From positions 1,050,001-1,082,000 of the forward strand of contig NZ_CP066018.1 in assembly GCF_016127575.1 (NCBI RefSeq): a stretch of DNA of 32,000 nucleotides, given 5' to 3'. Below the pieces are notes generated by a model. That model was given only the letters and a program-made list of their open reading frames with translations. It was not told where the DNA came from and made no database searches. Both the position numbers and the translations under genes were made by a program. Source of the stretch: Cupriavidus necator. GTDB lineage: Bacteria; Pseudomonadota; Gammaproteobacteria; Burkholderiales; Burkholderiaceae. Of the stretch, positions 29,986 through 32,000 are shown piece by piece (position 1 is the stretch's first letter; the number at the start of each line of letters is the position of its first letter).

Positions 29986-31029
29986 TTATTGCTCGCGCAG
30001 CCCGGCCACATTGACCAGCCGCGCCACCTGGGCGTAGACGTGGCGCTTGTAGCCGTCATTGAACGGGCCTGCGGCCGCCGCGCGGCCGAGGTCATAGGTG
30101 CGGTTGTCTGAATGCCCGCCCGAGGGCTTCAGCGTGCGCGCCAGCAGGTGCACGCGCACCGTGGTGACATTGGCCAGGTTGTTGAGCACCACGCCCCAGT
30201 CATAGCCGGGAACGGCGGTGCAGACGGCGCTGTTGTTCGCGCGGGGATCGGACACGTAGCAGTCGGCCGAGCCGTTGCTGTCCTGGTCGACACCGTACAG
30301 CACATGCATGTCTTGCACCCCCTGCGCGACCGAGCGCGACTGGAACGCACCGTTGACCAGTTCGGCCATCTTCAGCGTGGGGATGCCGTCGCCGCCGTTG
30401 CTGCAGCGGTCGCAGCCGGCCAGGTAGAAGATGCGCACCATGGCGCGGCGCAGTTCAGCCGGCTGGGCCGGATCGCAGGCCTTGGTGCGCAGCCCGAAGG
30501 CCGCCGCGCCGCTGGCATCGAAGACAAAGGTCTGCGTGTCCTGCGAACAGGCCGATACCTGCAGGTAGGGCACGCCCGGTGCCGGGGCGGCAACCGCCGT
30601 GGTCGACACGCGCCGAATCACCAGCACCTCGGAAGTCGGCGCCAGGTCCGGCAGGCATGGTGCCGCCACGCCCGGCGCATAGCCGGTCAGCGCCACCGGC
30701 ACGGTTTCGGCAGCAGGCGAGAAGCCAAGGGCGGCTGCATCCGTCGCGCACAGCGCCGGATCCGCGGCCTTGGTGCTGCGTGCAATGTTGCCGACGCCGA
30801 AGAACCCCGCCAGCTCCACTTCGCGCCGGATCTGCTCCAGCGCGTAGCGGCCGTTCTCGACCTGCTCGGCAGACTTGGTGAATTCGGTGCGCGACAGGCT
30901 GTTGGCAAGGTACAGGCTCGCCAGCGCGGTCAGCAGCACCAGGCCGATGGTGATGCCGATCATCAGCTCGACCAGCGAGATGCCGCGCTGGCGGCGCAGG
31001 CGGCGCGCGGACAGGCGCAGGGGGCTCAT
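29986..31029 (-). CDS. pilW: Type IV pilus minor pilin PilW
   Basis: The prepilin motif is QRG/ISLVELMIGITIGLVLL (Glu at +5). At 347 aa it is typical of PilW. Its start overlaps the pilV stop (ATGA at 31026-29). Confidence 0.85.
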   Translation of the reverse strand: MSPLRLSARRLRRQRGISLVELMIGITIGLVLLTALASLYLANSLSRTEFTKSAEQVENGRYALEQIRREVELAGFFGVGNIARSTKAADPALCATDAAALGFSPAAETVPVALTGYAPGVAAPCLPDLAPTSEVLVIRRVSTTAVAAPAPGVPYLQVSACSQDTQTFVFDASGAAAFGLRTKACDPAQPAELRRAMVRIFYLAGCDRCSNGGDGIPTLKMAELVNGAFQSRSVAQGVQDMHVLYGVDQDSNGSADCYVSDPRANNSAVCTAVPGYDWGVVLNNLANVTTVRVHLLARTLKPSGGHSDNRTYDLGRAAAAGPFNDGYKRHVYAQVARLVNVAGLREQ

Positions 31030-31649
31030 GACACGGTTCCCAGGGTGCCGATGCGGATCTGCGTGCTGACCGCGCGGCGATAGGCATCGTTGCCGTACTG
31101 GCCCTTGCCGCAGCCCAGCGCGGGCGCGCCGGTGGTGGCCAGGCCCTGCCAGGCCACGGTGATGCGGTAGATATTGTTGACGGCGTCGACGGTCTCGATG
31201 CAGCCGCGCGCGCCGATCATGGCGCCGACGGCCTGGGCGGCATCAGCGGCGCTGGCCCCCAGGCGCATCTCGGCACTACCCAGCAGCGCGGTGTTCCAGG
31301 CCTGCAGGTCCGCATCGGCGGTAGCCTTCTGCGCGGCGGTGCCCTGCGTGCACGCCGCCGGCGGCGCCGCCGCGCTGCCCAGCTGCATGCCGGTCGCGCC
31401 GTTGGCATAGCACGATGCCACCTGGCGGTTGGCGTTGAGGCGCGCAACCATGTCCTGCAGCAGCGCCAGCGCCTGCACGCGCTGGTAGGACTCCATCTCG
31501 GTCTGGCCCGAGCGCGCCACCAGCCCGGCGGTGCCGAGCAGCGCGACCAGCAGGATCACTGCCGCCACCAGCACCTCGATCAGCAGGAAGCCGCGCTGCG
31601 TGCGGCGGACAGGCATGCTCGGCCGCAGCCGCGGAATTCTTTGCTTCAT
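31026..31649 (-). CDS. pilV: Type IV pilus modification/minor pilin PilV
   Basis: MKQRIPRLRPSMPVRRTQRG/FLLIEVLVAAVILLVALLG has Phe+1 and Glu+5. The ATG at 31649 overlaps the upstream gene's stop (ATGA). An alternative ATG is at 31616. Confidence 0.85.
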   Translation of the reverse strand: MKQRIPRLRPSMPVRRTQRGFLLIEVLVAAVILLVALLGTAGLVARSGQTEMESYQRVQALALLQDMVARLNANRQVASCYANGATGMQLGSAAAPPAACTQGTAAQKATADADLQAWNTALLGSAEMRLGASAADAAQAVGAMIGARGCIETVDAVNNIYRITVAWQGLATTGAPALGCGKGQYGNDAYRRAVSTQIRIGTLGTVS

Positions 31650-32000
31650 GAGCAGGCTCCCGTGTCGGAAGCGACGCGGCCTGTCTCGCTGACCTGCACG
31701 CAGACGCGCGACGCCGCTGCCGTATCGCCGTTGGGCGCCACTTCGAAAGTCATGGCCGCGCCCGTGAGGCGGCCGTCGTTGCCAAGCGCAAGGGCCCCGG
31801 CAGCGCTGGGCGTGATGGTCAGGCCGCCGTAGGGCCCGAAGCTGCGCACCGTCTCGGCGCCTGCGGTGACTGCCCAACCGGCAGTCCATGCGGCGCCGGT
31901 GGCTGCCAGCGTGACCGTGGCATTGCGCTTGACTGCCTCGCTGCGCGCCAGCAGCAGCGCCGAGGTCAGGTCAAGCGAGGCGCCGCGCACGCGCTGGTTG
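31646..32000 (-). CDS. GspH/FimT-family minor pseudopilin; the 5' end is outside the window
   Basis: The frame stays open to the window edge (...NQRVRGASLDLTSALLLARSEAVKRNATVTL...), which is a typical GspH-domain start. The prepilin leader and helix are not yet seen, so the gene is truncated by the window. It is first in the fimT-pilVWXY1 order. Confidence 0.7.
   Translation of the reverse strand, partial: NQRVRGASLDLTSALLLARSEAVKRNATVTLAATGAAWTAGWAVTAGAETVRSFGPYGGLTITPSAAGALALGNDGRLTGAAMTFEVAPNGDTAAASRVCVQVSETGRVASDTGACS

Overview
High-GC, densely coding chromosomal segment. The proteins look like Cupriavidus/Ralstonia-type betaproteobacteria, but that is inference only. I call 27 CDS and saw no rRNA, tRNA, CRISPR array, IS element or integrase. 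Left to right: (1) The first 2.7 kb of a giant DUF3683/FAD-oxidase/Fe-S oxidoreductase on the minus strand. It is absent from the ORF track because it runs off the window. A YqaA-like membrane protein follows. (2) An eight-gene form-II CO-dehydrogenase-like molybdo-hydroxylase cluster: coxS-coxL-coxM, MoxR ATPase coxD, VWA protein coxE, coxG, an XdhC chaperone and a MocA-like cytidylyltransferase. (3) On the minus strand, otsB, a GH15 hydrolase, otsA and a PCD/PhhB-like gene. (4) ilvA, queF and an OprB-family porin. (5) A translationally coupled five-gene efflux module: TetR, lipoprotein MFP, single-NBD ABC ATPase, ABC-2 permease and NodT outer-membrane factor. (6) A type IV pilus minor-pilin operon on the minus strand: partial fimT/GspH-like gene, pilV, pilW, pilX and a 1090-aa PilY1. 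Most long ORFs on the opposite strand of these genes are high-GC antisense shadows. I found no unmistakable new system. The candidates most worth a second look are: the Cys-less form-II CoxL enzyme that keeps a full MoxR/VWA maturation set; the GH15 hydrolase inside the trehalose-synthesis operon; the uncharacterised ABC-2 tripartite exporter with an AT-rich palindromic operator; the atypical PCD-like gene next to Moco genes; and the PilY1 adhesin.
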